A stretch of 64,000 bases of DNA from Dehalococcoidia bacterium (GTDB lineage Bacteria; Chloroflexota; Dehalococcoidia; SM23-28-2; RBG-16-64-32): positions 672,001-736,000 of the forward strand of contig CAXXTF010000002.1 of assembly GCA_963665775.2 (NCBI GenBank), in the 5' to 3' direction. Numbering within the stretch: the stretch's first letter is position 1; each line of letters opens with the position of its first letter. The position numbers and the translations under genes are program-made. Shown in pieces: positions 17,136 to 26,795 of the stretch. The notes under the pieces are model-generated. The model was not told where the DNA came from and did not search any database. It saw nothing but the letters and a program-made list of their open reading frames with translations.

Positions 17136-18841
17136 GCCCGAATCCACCGAAGGACACGGATGGACGGTGTGAGGACAGCGGAAGGGGGTGGGTGAGGGAG
17201 CTACAGGGGAGATGGCCTGGGGTCTTGGGGTAGATGGGAGGCCGGCGGACGGTCTTCAGTCGCCGCACAGGGCCCCTAAGGCCCTATGCGGGAGTTGCGA
17301 TGCGCGGGATGGCGAGAGGATACGCAGCAGGGGACTCTCGCGACCGGGGTGGCGCGAGATTGCGGGGACGTTGGGTCAGTTGCAGGCTGGCCGTCAGGCC
17401 GGGAATGGAATGGCTTGCAGCCGGGCCAAGGCGCGACTGAACTGGGTTTCCCAAGGCCAGCGCCGGGGGAGATGCAAAGTGAGGCGGCGCGCCGAGCGGG
17501 TGATCCGTCCCACGAGAGCGAAGACCCGCCGCCTGAGGGTCTTGGTGGTCACGATCTGCTGACCCAGGCCGATGCGGGCTGTCCAGCGGGCCAGGTTATG
17601 CGCCATCACCTGGACCGCCAGCCAGGCGCCGTTGGCGGCGAAGCGCCCCGACGGCATGTGGTTCAGCCCGACGCCGTACTTGAGGTCGCGTATGGCGTTC
17701 TCGACCTCGGCGTGGCGGCGATGATCGGCCTCCAGTTCCAGCGTCTCCTCATCGCGGTCGGTGATGAAGGCGTGATAGCTGTATCTGGCGAAGAGGGCGA
17801 GCTGGGAACCGGGCGTCGGCTTCACCCGCCGGACAATGAGCCGCACCGGCGCGGCGTCCGGCTTGGTCTGGAACGGGGTGTAAGTCGTCTCGGCGACATC
17901 GGCGGCGCCGTCCATCCAGTAGGGAATGGGAGTCCAGTCCTCCTCTGGTATCGCCTCGATCAGGTCCCGCAGGCTGGCGCGCTGGCGGATGGTGATAGAG
18001 AAGCGGACATCCATTTCCCGGCAGGCGGCAACGACAGTGTGGGCGTAGAAGCCGCTGTCGGCCCGCACCGTGAGTTGTCCCCTGGCCCCGCCGTAGCGCA
18101 CCCGCCCCACCGTCTCACGCAGGAAGTGGGCGGCGCCACGGGCGGTGTTGGCCCGGCCCTCGCGCAGCCGGGACATCAGCACCTCGCCGGTGCCGGCGGC
18201 AATGGCCAGCAGCGGGTGATAGCCGCGGGCGCCGGTATAGCCGTGGTGGCGCGCTCCCTCCTTGGCCAGTCCATAGGTCTCGCAGATGGTCGAGTCCAGG
18301 TCGATGGTCAGGGGCGAGTCGCCGGGTCCGGCCCCAGCGGCCCAGGCCCGGGCCAACAACTGGCGGCTCACGCGGTCGAGTTGACGGACATGCCCCCACC
18401 GGAAGCTGCGCAGGAAGGTCCCCAGGGTGGATGGCGCCTTGACCACGCAGCCTAGAACACCGACCGTCCCACCAGCGCGCAGCGCATCGGCGTCGTCGAT
18501 GCAGTCGCCGCCTGCCAGCGCGGAAGCGACCAGCGTCAGCATCTTGTCCCCAGTGTTCGCCCGTCCCGGCGCTCCGCCGAGGTCAAGGTGATGGTCGACG
18601 AGTTCCCGCAGGCCCAGGTGCCGGGCTAGGGTGGCTGGCAGGAGCAGGCCGGCATTGGCCACCAGGCGATGGTCGTCAAAGAGGATGCGGATACGGTCGG
18701 GTTTGTTCTGTGGCAGCATCTATTGGGTGCTCCTTGTTTCCGGGCTGGTTTCTGTTCCAAAACCATTATCCCAGATTCAGAGGAGCACCCGATGGCTTCT
18801 TCAAGGACTGTCCCCAAGGCCGTCCTTCGGTGGATTCGGGC
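17136..18841 (-). mobile_element. complete IS1380-family insertion sequence (1706 bp)
   Basis: Perfect 20-bp terminal IR GCCCGAATCCACCGAAGGAC / GTCCTTCGGTGGATTCGGGC; TAA (or TAAG) target duplication. Confidence 0.93.
17394..18719 (-). CDS. IS1380-family DDE transposase
   Basis: APSTLGTFLRSF, TIDLDST, GYHPL, VRADSGF, HRRHAEVENAIRDLK, PSGRFAAN. Confidence 0.95.
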   Translation of the reverse strand: MLPQNKPDRIRILFDDHRLVANAGLLLPATLARHLGLRELVDHHLDLGGAPGRANTGDKMLTLVASALAGGDCIDDADALRAGGTVGVLGCVVKAPSTLGTFLRSFRWGHVRQLDRVSRQLLARAWAAGAGPGDSPLTIDLDSTICETYGLAKEGARHHGYTGARGYHPLLAIAAGTGEVLMSRLREGRANTARGAAHFLRETVGRVRYGGARGQLTVRADSGFYAHTVVAACREMDVRFSITIRQRASLRDLIEAIPEEDWTPIPYWMDGAADVAETTYTPFQTKPDAAPVRLIVRRVKPTPGSQLALFARYSYHAFITDRDEETLELEADHRRHAEVENAIRDLKYGVGLNHMPSGRFAANGAWLAVQVMAHNLARWTARIGLGQQIVTTKTLRRRVFALVGRITRSARRLTLHLPRRWPWETQFSRALARLQAIPFPA

Positions 18842-19237
18842 TAAGGCATCGTGGGAGGTTGAGGCTGGCAATGCACTTGCGAGGAAAGGCACCTTAGGCA
18901 CGACAGTCCAGTCCATCTTCGCCGACCTCAAGCCCGAGGCGGCGTATTTCCTCGCCGAGAACGGGAAGAGAACGGCGTTCCTCATCGTCGATATGCAGGA
19001 CGCCTCTCAGCTGCCGGCGGTGGCCGAGCCCTGGTTCCTCGCAACCAACGCTACCATCGAGGCCACTCCCGTAATGCTTGCCGAAGACCTGGAGAAGGCG
19101 GGACCAGCTATCCAGCAAGCGGTCGAGAAATACGGATAGGTTCGTCGATTATACATCTCTGTGGGGGCTGCGGTCACCCGGGGGTCGGCCACCTTCCGCC
19201 TGCACGCCCTAAGCTCGCCTAGACCGCTCGCGCGCCC

Positions 19238-19828
19238 CTAGTGCGAGAGCGATAGCAGCTCGATCCCCAGCAGCATCACCGCGAGGTTCAGGTACGCCGC
19301 CCGCGGCACGGACATCGGCTGTCGCGCCTGGTAGACCCGCAGCAGAGCCATCGCTCCCATCGTCAGCCCCAAGATCATGTGCGCGACGGCCGACTGGCTA
19401 TCGATACTCCCATGCAGGTGGAACACGCCGATCTCCAAGCCGCCGGCGATCAACGCTGGCACCACAAGCATATCCGCCGTGCTCCTCTGGATGTAGCCCA
19501 ACCGGTAGCGGGTCTCGAACACTCCTGCCGCCAGCATGATCAGACCGATCGTGAAGTGGATCGGCCGGTCATTCGGCTCCAAGGCGGTGACAACCAGCAT
19601 TCCCGCGCCCAGCGTCATGACGGCGGTGGGCCAGATGAGGGTGCGCAGCCGGCTCCGGTGCCATACACGACCGGCGATCGTCTCCACCAGCAATAAGACG
19701 CCGACGAACAGAAAGCCGGCACCGAACAGCCGATGCGACTCCTCTGGCAGGGGGATATAACCGTGCAGATCGTGCTGTGGGAGGGCGCCGACACCGTCGA
19801 TCAGAGGGGCCAGATTGCCCGCGTCGAT
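19238..19828 (-). CDS. His-rich integral membrane protein (start uncertain, possibly ATC)
   Basis: About 6 hydrophobic helices with His residues; GGAGGTGA upstream of an in-frame ATC. Confidence 0.7.
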   Translation of the reverse strand: MDAGNLAPLIDGVGALPQHDLHGYIPLPEESHRLFGAGFLFVGVLLLVETIAGRVWHRSRLRTLIWPTAVMTLGAGMLVVTALEPNDRPIHFTIGLIMLAAGVFETRYRLGYIQRSTADMLVVPALIAGGLEIGVFHLHGSIDSQSAVAHMILGLTMGAMALLRVYQARQPMSVPRAAYLNLAVMLLGIELLSLSH

Positions 19829-20148
19829 TACTCCGTCACCTCCCGCCTCCGTCCCGGCATCTCCGCGGCGACATCGGACGGCTCTTCTTTCGTCATCGAC
19901 TCGAACAGCTCGAGCTCGACATCCTCCGGCTCCGCATGCGCGACCTGTATCGCCACCGGGATGCATACGAGCGTGACCAGAATACCGACGATGAGAATCA
20001 GATGAGCGGAATCGAAGATCACGTAGCGGAGCGTGAACTCCGCGGCGCCCGGCTCAACCACTGTCTTCAGCACCACCCACAGCAGGCCGACCGCCTCAAG
20101 GAGCGGACCGAGTATGCCGATGAGTAGCGCCCGTGCCTGCATGGACAT
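19828..20148 (-). CDS. hypothetical membrane protein with two TM helices
   Basis: GGAG RBS, two TM helices, acidic tail. Confidence 0.75.
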   Translation of the reverse strand: MSMQARALLIGILGPLLEAVGLLWVVLKTVVEPGAAEFTLRYVIFDSAHLILIVGILVTLVCIPVAIQVAHAEPEDVELELFESMTKEEPSDVAAEMPGRRREVTE

Positions 20149-20391
20149 GGTGGCTCCGCAAGATTATGGCGTAGGCAGGAGATTTGCCGCAAATAGTTTA
20201 GCAGGGACTTATGGAACTGGCAACGCAACAGACCGATCGGCCGGGTAGGGTTCCGCCCGCCACCACTCACGAAAGGCCGCTACGTTCGGTGAGTATAGAG
20301 ACGGGCAGCGCAGTGCTATAATCTCAGGGCCACCGAGTCTTATGTTGAGAGTCGGCACGCTCGAGCGTCTGGTTACGACAATGAGGGCACC

Positions 20392-20685
20392 ATGAGAAAC
20401 CTAGTGCTAGTGACGGGACTCCTGATGGCAGTGGCCACGGTGCTAATGGTGGGTACAGCGATTGTCGGAGCGATAGCGATCCGACGCGCTCTCCCCCCAG
20501 AGCGCCGCGCCAGCATACGCGAAGGCGTCGCCCGGGCATCCGGGAGCATGGTGGATCGCGCGAGAAAGCGAATTCCGGATCAGTTCGCCCCAATAGCCGT
20601 TCCCTCCGGAATCCGCCTCGACCAGGAAATCGCGATAGGCCACCCCGATCGTTACGTTCGCCGCCATAGCGACCTCGCCCATTGA
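20392..20685 (+). CDS. hypothetical membrane-anchored protein
   Basis: GAGG RBS, TGcTATAAT upstream, N-terminal hydrophobic helix. Confidence 0.55.
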   Translation: MRNLVLVTGLLMAVATVLMVGTAIVGAIAIRRALPPERRASIREGVARASGSMVDRARKRIPDQFAPIAVPSGIRLDQEIAIGHPDRYVRRHSDLAH

Positions 20686-20763
20686 CAACGAGTGCAAACT
20701 CCGGCTACATTCGCATCTGTAAAAGCCCCGACGCCCAATCCAGCTGAAACCAGGAGGTAAGGC

Positions 20764-21933
20764 ATGGCTGACTGGCTACCCCGTGACAAGGTGTGCGTGG
20801 TCGGGATCGGAGAGTCCGTCTACTACAGGTGGGGCCGCTCTCCCGTATCCGAGTTCCGGCTCGCCCTCGACGCGATCATGGCCGCCGTTGACGACGCCGG
20901 CCTCAAGGTCGAAGACCTCGACGGCTTCTCCGCCTTCGCCGGCGACAGGAACGATCCGATCTCTCTCGTCACCGCCCTGGGGATACCCAGGCTCCGCTTC
21001 ACCAATATGTTCTGGGGTGGTGGCGGCGGCGGTGGCAGCGGCGCCGTGATGAACGCGGTTCAGGCGGTTGCCAGCGGCTCCGCCAACTACGTCGTGGCCT
21101 ATCGCTCCCTGGCCCAGGGGCAGTTCGGACGCATCGGGCAGAGCCGGGCGGCAGGCGCGGTTGGGGGCACGACTGCCTTCGCCGCCCCCTTCGGCCTCCT
21201 CGTCCCAGCCCAGAACTACGCCCTACGCATCCGCAGGCACATGAGCATGTACGGCACCACCAGTCGCCAGCTGGGTGCCATCTCCGTGGCCTGCTATAAG
21301 CACGCCCAGCAGAATCCCCGAGCCGTCATGCATGGCCGGCCCATAACCATCGAGGACCATCAGGACTCCCGGATGATCGCCGACCCCTTCCACCTCTACG
21401 ACTGTTGTCAGGAGAATGACGGGTCGGCAGCGATCATCCTAACCACCGCCGAACGGGCCCGCGACTTAAAGCACCCGCCGGTGTACGTCATGGCCGCTTC
21501 CCAGGGGACGGGTTCGCGCCCCGCCGCCGGCGCCCACAACATCGACAACTACGCCACGGCCGGCTTCACGGAGGTGGCCCAGGACCTTTACGCCCGGGCG
21601 GGCGTCGGACCCGAGGATATCGATGTAGCCCAGATCTACGAGAATTTCACGGGCCAGACCCTCATGTCCATCGAAGACCACGGCTTCTGCAAACGAGGCG
21701 AGGGGGGCGCCTTTGTAGAGGGAGGCCGCCTCGAGTGGCCCGATGGTGACCTGCCCCTCAATACCAGCGGCGGCAACCTGGCCGAGGCCTACATCCACGG
21801 CTTCGAGCTGGTCAACGAGGCCGTACGCCAGATGCGCGGCACCTCCACCTGCCAGGTGAAGGACGCCGAGATCTGCCTTGTCGCCAGCGGGCCCGGTGCC
21901 AGCCCCTTCAGCGATATGATCGTCCGGAGGTAG
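20764..21933 (+). CDS. SCP2-type thiolase-like (lipid-transfer) protein
   Basis: VVGIGES, HAQQNPRA, DCCQENDG, IYENFT, NTSGGNLAEAY. Confidence 0.9.
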   Translation: MADWLPRDKVCVVGIGESVYYRWGRSPVSEFRLALDAIMAAVDDAGLKVEDLDGFSAFAGDRNDPISLVTALGIPRLRFTNMFWGGGGGGGSGAVMNAVQAVASGSANYVVAYRSLAQGQFGRIGQSRAAGAVGGTTAFAAPFGLLVPAQNYALRIRRHMSMYGTTSRQLGAISVACYKHAQQNPRAVMHGRPITIEDHQDSRMIADPFHLYDCCQENDGSAAIILTTAERARDLKHPPVYVMAASQGTGSRPAAGAHNIDNYATAGFTEVAQDLYARAGVGPEDIDVAQIYENFTGQTLMSIEDHGFCKRGEGGAFVEGGRLEWPDGDLPLNTSGGNLAEAYIHGFELVNEAVRQMRGTSTCQVKDAEICLVASGPGASPFSDMIVRR

Positions 21934-21935
21934 TC

Positions 21936-22361
21936 ATGACTTATATGCCAGAGGGGATGCCCCTTCCCGACGTAAACGATCCCGAAACCACAGAGTTTTG
22001 GGCCGCCGCCAAGCGCCACGAGCTTGTCGTACAGCGCTGCACGGACTGTGGCACCTTCCGCCATACCCCCCTTCCCATCTGCCACGTTTGCCGCTCCTTC
22101 TCCTACGAGTGGGTGAAGGTGAGCGGGAAAGGAGTCGTCTTCACCTACACCGTGATCCACAACCCGGTTCACGGTGCCCTGAAGGAGCGCTGCCCCTATA
22201 ACGTCGTTGTGGTGGAGCTGCCGGACGCGGCCAACGTGCGCATGGTGGGGAACCTCATCGACTGCGCCGACGACCAGATCAGCGTGGGGATGCCCGTAGA
22301 AGTGGCCTGGGACGACGTGAACGACAAGGTGACCCTGCCGCTCTGGAAACCCGCTGCCTGA
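21936..22361 (+). CDS. Zn-ribbon/OB-fold (DUF35) thiolase partner
   Basis: FWAAA...QRCTDCG...CHVC...SGKGVVFTYT...IGMPV-like. Confidence 0.9.
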   Translation: MTYMPEGMPLPDVNDPETTEFWAAAKRHELVVQRCTDCGTFRHTPLPICHVCRSFSYEWVKVSGKGVVFTYTVIHNPVHGALKERCPYNVVVVELPDAANVRMVGNLIDCADDQISVGMPVEVAWDDVNDKVTLPLWKPAA

Positions 22362-22377
22362 ACCTGGCAAAAGCCCA

Positions 22378-22635
22378 ATGTACCTGGCCCGCGTCTACGT
22401 CACCCTTAAGCCCACCGTTAACGACCCCCAGGGGCTGACCATCCGCGGCGCCCTCCACTCCCTGGGCTTCGCCGGCGTGAACTCGGTACGCGCCGGTAAG
22501 TACCTGGAGATGCGTCTGGAGGCGGGCGATCGCAAGGCCGCCGAGGCGGAGCTGGCGGAGATGTGCCACAAGCTCCTGGCCAACCCCGTCATCGAGGAGT
22601 ACCGCTTCGAGTTAGAGGAGCTGGCGAAAGGCTAA
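22378..22635 (+). CDS. purS: phosphoribosylformylglycinamidine synthase PurS subunit
   Basis: VTLKPTVNDPQG, VRAGK, LLANPVIE. Confidence 0.95.
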   Translation: MYLARVYVTLKPTVNDPQGLTIRGALHSLGFAGVNSVRAGKYLEMRLEAGDRKAAEAELAEMCHKLLANPVIEEYRFELEELAKG

Positions 22636-22666
22636 GCGATCTGCTGACCGATGAAGCTCTCCAGAA

Positions 22667-23737
22667 ATGGTCAGCAGCGAGGAGAATCTCTTGACTCAGG
22701 CAGGCCAATCCCCTGAAGAGGCCCAACAAGAAATACAGCTGCAGGCGGTTAAGTTGCTTTCCCAAGTGGCTGGATACGTGGGCGTACGTACTATAGAAAT
22801 CGGGCTGCGCCTTGGACTCCTGGCGGAGATCGGAAGGCATCCGCACGGCATTACGGCCGAGGCCCTGGCGAAGAAGACAGGACTGGATCCCCTGTATACC
22901 CAGGTATGGTGCCGCTCCGCCTACGCCGCCGAGGTCCTAGAGCTAGGCGAAAATCACACGTACGAGCTGGCCCCACACGTGGACAAGCTGCTCTTCGATC
23001 AAGATTTCCCTGGCTACATCGGCGGCGTACCTAGCATCATGGTGCAACCAGAATTTTTCGATCGTTTCGCGGAACACCTCCCGTCCGGCCAGCGCATCTG
23101 GTGGGATCAGTGCAGCCCCACCTTCATCAAGAGCGTCAGTCAGACGGCCCGACCCTTCTATGCCCGCCTCATCCCCGATGGTCTATCCAGAGTCCCGGGA
23201 CTCTCGGATCGTCTGGCCCAGGGCGCTCATATCCTGGACCTCGCCTGCGGCGCCGGGGTCGGCTTGACGCGCCTGGCCCAGACTTATCCTCGCTCTACCA
23301 TTACGGGCATCGACGGCGATGCTTACTCATTGGAATTGGTGGCGGAAGGACTCCGCGACAGTGGGTTGCAAGATAGGGTATTCCTGGCACAGCACATGCT
23401 GGAGGAGATCGATCACAGCGAAGAGTATGACCTGGTCATCATCAACCTCTCTATGCACGAGTGCCGTGATATGGAGAAGGTCACTAGCAACATCCTTCGC
23501 GCCCTCAAGCCTGACGGCCACTTCGTTATCTCTGACTTCCCCTTCCCGGACTCGACCGAAGGATGCCGCACGATCCCGGCCAGGATCATGTGCGGCATTC
23601 AGTTCTTCGAGGCGCTCATCGGCGACCAGCTACTGCCCACCCAGGCCTACGTCGATCTACTTAACAGGCACGGCTTCCGCAACGTCGGCGCCTTCGATCT
23701 CACACCGGTCCACGCCGTCACCCACGGCCAGAAGTAA
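22667..23737 (+). CDS. class I SAM-dependent methyltransferase with N-terminal wHTH
   Basis: ILDLACGAG, TGIDG, YDLV...HE, ALKPDG. Confidence 0.9.
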   Translation: MVSSEENLLTQAGQSPEEAQQEIQLQAVKLLSQVAGYVGVRTIEIGLRLGLLAEIGRHPHGITAEALAKKTGLDPLYTQVWCRSAYAAEVLELGENHTYELAPHVDKLLFDQDFPGYIGGVPSIMVQPEFFDRFAEHLPSGQRIWWDQCSPTFIKSVSQTARPFYARLIPDGLSRVPGLSDRLAQGAHILDLACGAGVGLTRLAQTYPRSTITGIDGDAYSLELVAEGLRDSGLQDRVFLAQHMLEEIDHSEEYDLVIINLSMHECRDMEKVTSNILRALKPDGHFVISDFPFPDSTEGCRTIPARIMCGIQFFEALIGDQLLPTQAYVDLLNRHGFRNVGAFDLTPVHAVTHGQK

Positions 23738-23750
23738 GCCGACAGCCGGC

Positions 23751-24350
23751 CTACAGCACCTCCTTCGTGCTCGGTATCTCTCCGGCACTTCGTTCGTCGA
23801 TGCGCACGGCTTCCCGCAGGGCCCGCGCCAGCGCCTTGAACGTCGCCTCCGCCCGGTGGTGATCGTTCGCCCCCGCCAGCAGCCGCACGTGCAGGTTAAG
23901 CCTCCCCTCCTGAGCGAAGGCCGCCAGCAGGTGCTCGATGTTCTCCGTCGGCAGCCCCCCCAGCAGCTCGCGGTCAAAGCTCGCCTCGATGCTGGCGTGG
24001 CCGCGTCCCCCCAGGTCCACCGCCACCAGGGCCAGCGCCTCGTCCAGCGGAACGATGGCGTGCCCGAACCGCACGATGCCCCGTCGCTCCCCCAGCGCCT
24101 CATCCAGGGCCTGGCCCAGGACCAGCCCCACATCCTCCACCAGGTGATGCGGGTCCCGCTCGATGTCTCCCGTCGCATCGATCTTTAGGTCGAGCAAGCC
24201 GTGGCGGGCCAGCTGCTCCAGCAGGTGATCCAGCATGCCAATCCCGGTAGAGACCTCGTAGCGCCCGCTGCCGTCCAGGTTCAGATTGATGGCGACACGC
24301 GTCTCCCGCGTCTCCCGCGTGACCGCGGCCTTCCGACTATCTGCCAACAT
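23751..24350 (-). CDS. hisB: imidazoleglycerol-phosphate dehydratase (monofunctional)
   Basis: RETRET, TGIGMLDHLL, HHLVED, PLDEAL, NDHHRAEA.FKA. Confidence 0.96.
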   Translation of the reverse strand: MLADSRKAAVTRETRETRVAINLNLDGSGRYEVSTGIGMLDHLLEQLARHGLLDLKIDATGDIERDPHHLVEDVGLVLGQALDEALGERRGIVRFGHAIVPLDEALALVAVDLGGRGHASIEASFDRELLGGLPTENIEHLLAAFAQEGRLNLHVRLLAGANDHHRAEATFKALARALREAVRIDERSAGEIPSTKEVL

Positions 24351-25458
24351 GTGCTCCAATCTCCGTTAGCGCTTCCAGCAACCGATCCGTGTGCTCAGGC
24401 TTGCCGACGCTAAAGCGCAGGCAGTTGCGCAGCACCGGAGTGTCAAGATAGCGCACCAGGATGCCCTTCTCCCGCAGGCGGTCCCGCACATCCCTGGCCG
24501 CCACGCCACGAACCTCGCACAGCAGGAAGTTCGCCTGCGACGGGAAGGGCTGCAGCCAGGGCAGATCGGCCAGCCGCTCCCGCAGCCGCTCCCTCTCGGC
24601 CACTATGGCCGCCACTCGCCGGTTCAGGGTCGCCACGTCATCCAGGGAGGCGAGAACCGCTGCCCCCGCTGCCACGTTCACGTTATACGGCATCTTGATC
24701 TTTCGTATGACGTCGGCCAGCGGCTTGGGGAAGACCCCGTACCCTACCCGCAAGCCCGCCAGACCCGCCCACTTACTGAACGTCCGTACGACGATGAGGT
24801 TATCTCGATCTCCCACCATCTCGATGAAGCTCTCCCCCGCGAACTCGGCGTACGCCTCGTCCACCACCACCACTGCTGGCCCCTCCAGCAGCCGCTCCAG
24901 CTCCTGCCTGGGCAGCGAGTTCCCCGTCGGATTGTTGGGCGAGGCCAGGAAGAGCAGCTTCGCTCCCTCGTTCAAGGCCGACTCCATAGCCGGCAGATCC
25001 AGCCCGAAATCCTGGCGACGCGGTACCTCGATCAGCCGTGCCGCGTAGAGACGGGCGAGGAACGGGTACATCCCGAAGGTAGGGGGCGCACTCACGACCG
25101 CGTCGCCGGGAGAGAGGATGAGCCGGGCTACAAGGTCCAACGACTCGTCTGAGCCGCTGCCCACCACGACCTGCTCCGGCTCCACGCCCACATAGCCCGC
25201 GATCGCCGCCCGGACGCGGCGCTGCTCCGGGTCCGGATAGATATGGTAGTAGGGGAACCGGGCCAGCGCCTCCGCCACTCTAGGCGAAGGGCCATACGGG
25301 TTCTCGTTCCCGTCCAGCTTGACGATCTCCTCCTCCGGAATGCCCAGCTGCGCCGCCACCTCATCCACGGGCTGGACGGGCTCGTATCCGGGCATGGCGA
25401 TGAGGTCCGCCCGCGCCAAGGCCAGAATCTCTCGCTTCGTACGCCTTCTGTCCGTCAG
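24337..25458 (-). CDS. hisC: histidinol-phosphate aminotransferase (start probably CTG 25458; first standard start TTG 25419)
   Basis: KLDGNENP, SPNNPTG, DEAYAEF, RTFSKWAGLAGLRVG. Confidence 0.95.
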   Translation of the reverse strand: MTDRRRTKREILALARADLIAMPGYEPVQPVDEVAAQLGIPEEEIVKLDGNENPYGPSPRVAEALARFPYYHIYPDPEQRRVRAAIAGYVGVEPEQVVVGSGSDESLDLVARLILSPGDAVVSAPPTFGMYPFLARLYAARLIEVPRRQDFGLDLPAMESALNEGAKLLFLASPNNPTGNSLPRQELERLLEGPAVVVVDEAYAEFAGESFIEMVGDRDNLIVVRTFSKWAGLAGLRVGYGVFPKPLADVIRKIKMPYNVNVAAGAAVLASLDDVATLNRRVAAIVAERERLRERLADLPWLQPFPSQANFLLCEVRGVAARDVRDRLREKGILVRYLDTPVLRNCLRFSVGKPEHTDRLLEALTEIGAHVGR

Positions 25459-26795
25459 GAGCGCTCTCCCCTCAGGCGGAGCTCGATGGCGCGGGCGTGT
25501 CCGGTAAGCCCTTCCGCCCGCGCTATCACCGCCGCCGCCGGCCCGACTTGCCGCGCCGTCTCAGCGTCGAGTCCCACCACGCTGGTGACCTTAAGGAAGT
25601 CGTGCACACCGAGGGGCGAGGCGTAGGCGGCACCGCCGCCCGTAGGCATCGCGTGGCTGGGGCCCGCCGTGTAGTCCCCGATGGACTCCACCGCCGCCGC
25701 CCCCAGGAAAACGCAGCCCGCGTTCCGGACGTCCTTCAGAAGCCTCTCCGCTCCCTCCACATGCAGACACAGATGCTCCGGCGCGAACTCGTTGGCGAGA
25801 GCGAGCGCCTCCTCCAGCGATCCCACGACCGCCACGCCACCGCGGGCCTCCATGCTGGCCCTGGCCACGGACGCCCTCTCCATCTCCTCAAGCTGCGCTT
25901 CCACCCTCTCAACCACCGCCCTGGACAACCTTTCAGAAGTGGTGATGAGTATCGCCGTCGCCAGCTCGTCGTGTTCCGCGCCGGCCAGCAGGTCCGCCGC
26001 CACCAGCGACGGGTCGGCCTCCGCATCCGCTACCACCAGCGTCTCCGAGGGCCCGAACAGCCCGTCGATCCCTACTTCGCCGTACAGCCTCTTTTTCGCC
26101 AGCGTCACGAATATTCCGCCGGGGCCGCAGATCTTGTCCACCCGCGGAACCGTCTCCGTGCCGTAGGCGATCGCCGCGACCCCCTGGACGCCGCCCGCCC
26201 GGAACACTCGGTCGACCCCGGCGATATCGGCGGCCACCAGCTTGACCGAGGCCACGCTGGCGTCCTCCAGAGCCGGCGTGACCATAATGATCTCCGCCAC
26301 TCCGGCCACGCGCGCTGGTACGGCCGTCATCAGCACCGTCGAGGGCAAAGCGACCCTGGTGCCGGGGACGTACAGGCCCACCCGCTGCAACGGTCGGACG
26401 GTCTGGCCGATTCCGCCTTCATCGAAGCTACGGAGGGAGTGCTCCAATTGCCGCTCGTGAAAGAGCCGAATGCGCTCCGCCGCCTCCCGCAGGGCGGCCA
26501 CCAATGAGGCGTCCACACCAGCGTACGCGGCCTCAATCTCCTGTCGCGAGACCTCGAGGGAGAGGGACGGACCCCCGTGGACGCCGTCCACATCCTCGTT
26601 GTAGCGCAGGACGGCCGCGTCCCCCTCTTCCTGGACATCCCGCAGGATCCGCTCGACGACGGCCTCGGCGTTCAGCTCCTCGCCGAACACCCGCCGTATC
26701 TCCTCCTGAACGGAGGCGGGCAGCTGCTGAGCCTCCAGGGGGAGCCGTCGCAGCACCGTTTCGCGGGCCTCGGCAACCCCCCTGACTAGGCGCAC
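25455..26795 (-). CDS. hisD: histidinol dehydrogenase
   Basis: GLYVPG, DKICGPG, GPSE, AEHD, APEHL, GDYTAGPSH.MPT. Confidence 0.96.
   Translation of the reverse strand: MRLVRGVAEARETVLRRLPLEAQQLPASVQEEIRRVFGEELNAEAVVERILRDVQEEGDAAVLRYNEDVDGVHGGPSLSLEVSRQEIEAAYAGVDASLVAALREAAERIRLFHERQLEHSLRSFDEGGIGQTVRPLQRVGLYVPGTRVALPSTVLMTAVPARVAGVAEIIMVTPALEDASVASVKLVAADIAGVDRVFRAGGVQGVAAIAYGTETVPRVDKICGPGGIFVTLAKKRLYGEVGIDGLFGPSETLVVADAEADPSLVAADLLAGAEHDELATAILITTSERLSRAVVERVEAQLEEMERASVARASMEARGGVAVVGSLEEALALANEFAPEHLCLHVEGAERLLKDVRNAGCVFLGAAAVESIGDYTAGPSHAMPTGGGAAYASPLGVHDFLKVTSVVGLDAETARQVGPAAAVIARAEGLTGHARAIELRLRGERS

Larger units (their letters stand above)
17119..19139 (+). pseudogene. small conserved protein (about 103 aa, DUF3303/GYD-like) interrupted by the IS after codon 6
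   Basis: MRFLIK (17119-17136) joins ASWEVEAGNA...LKPEAAYF...AEPWF (18846-19139) when the IS and duplicated target are removed. Confidence 0.85.
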
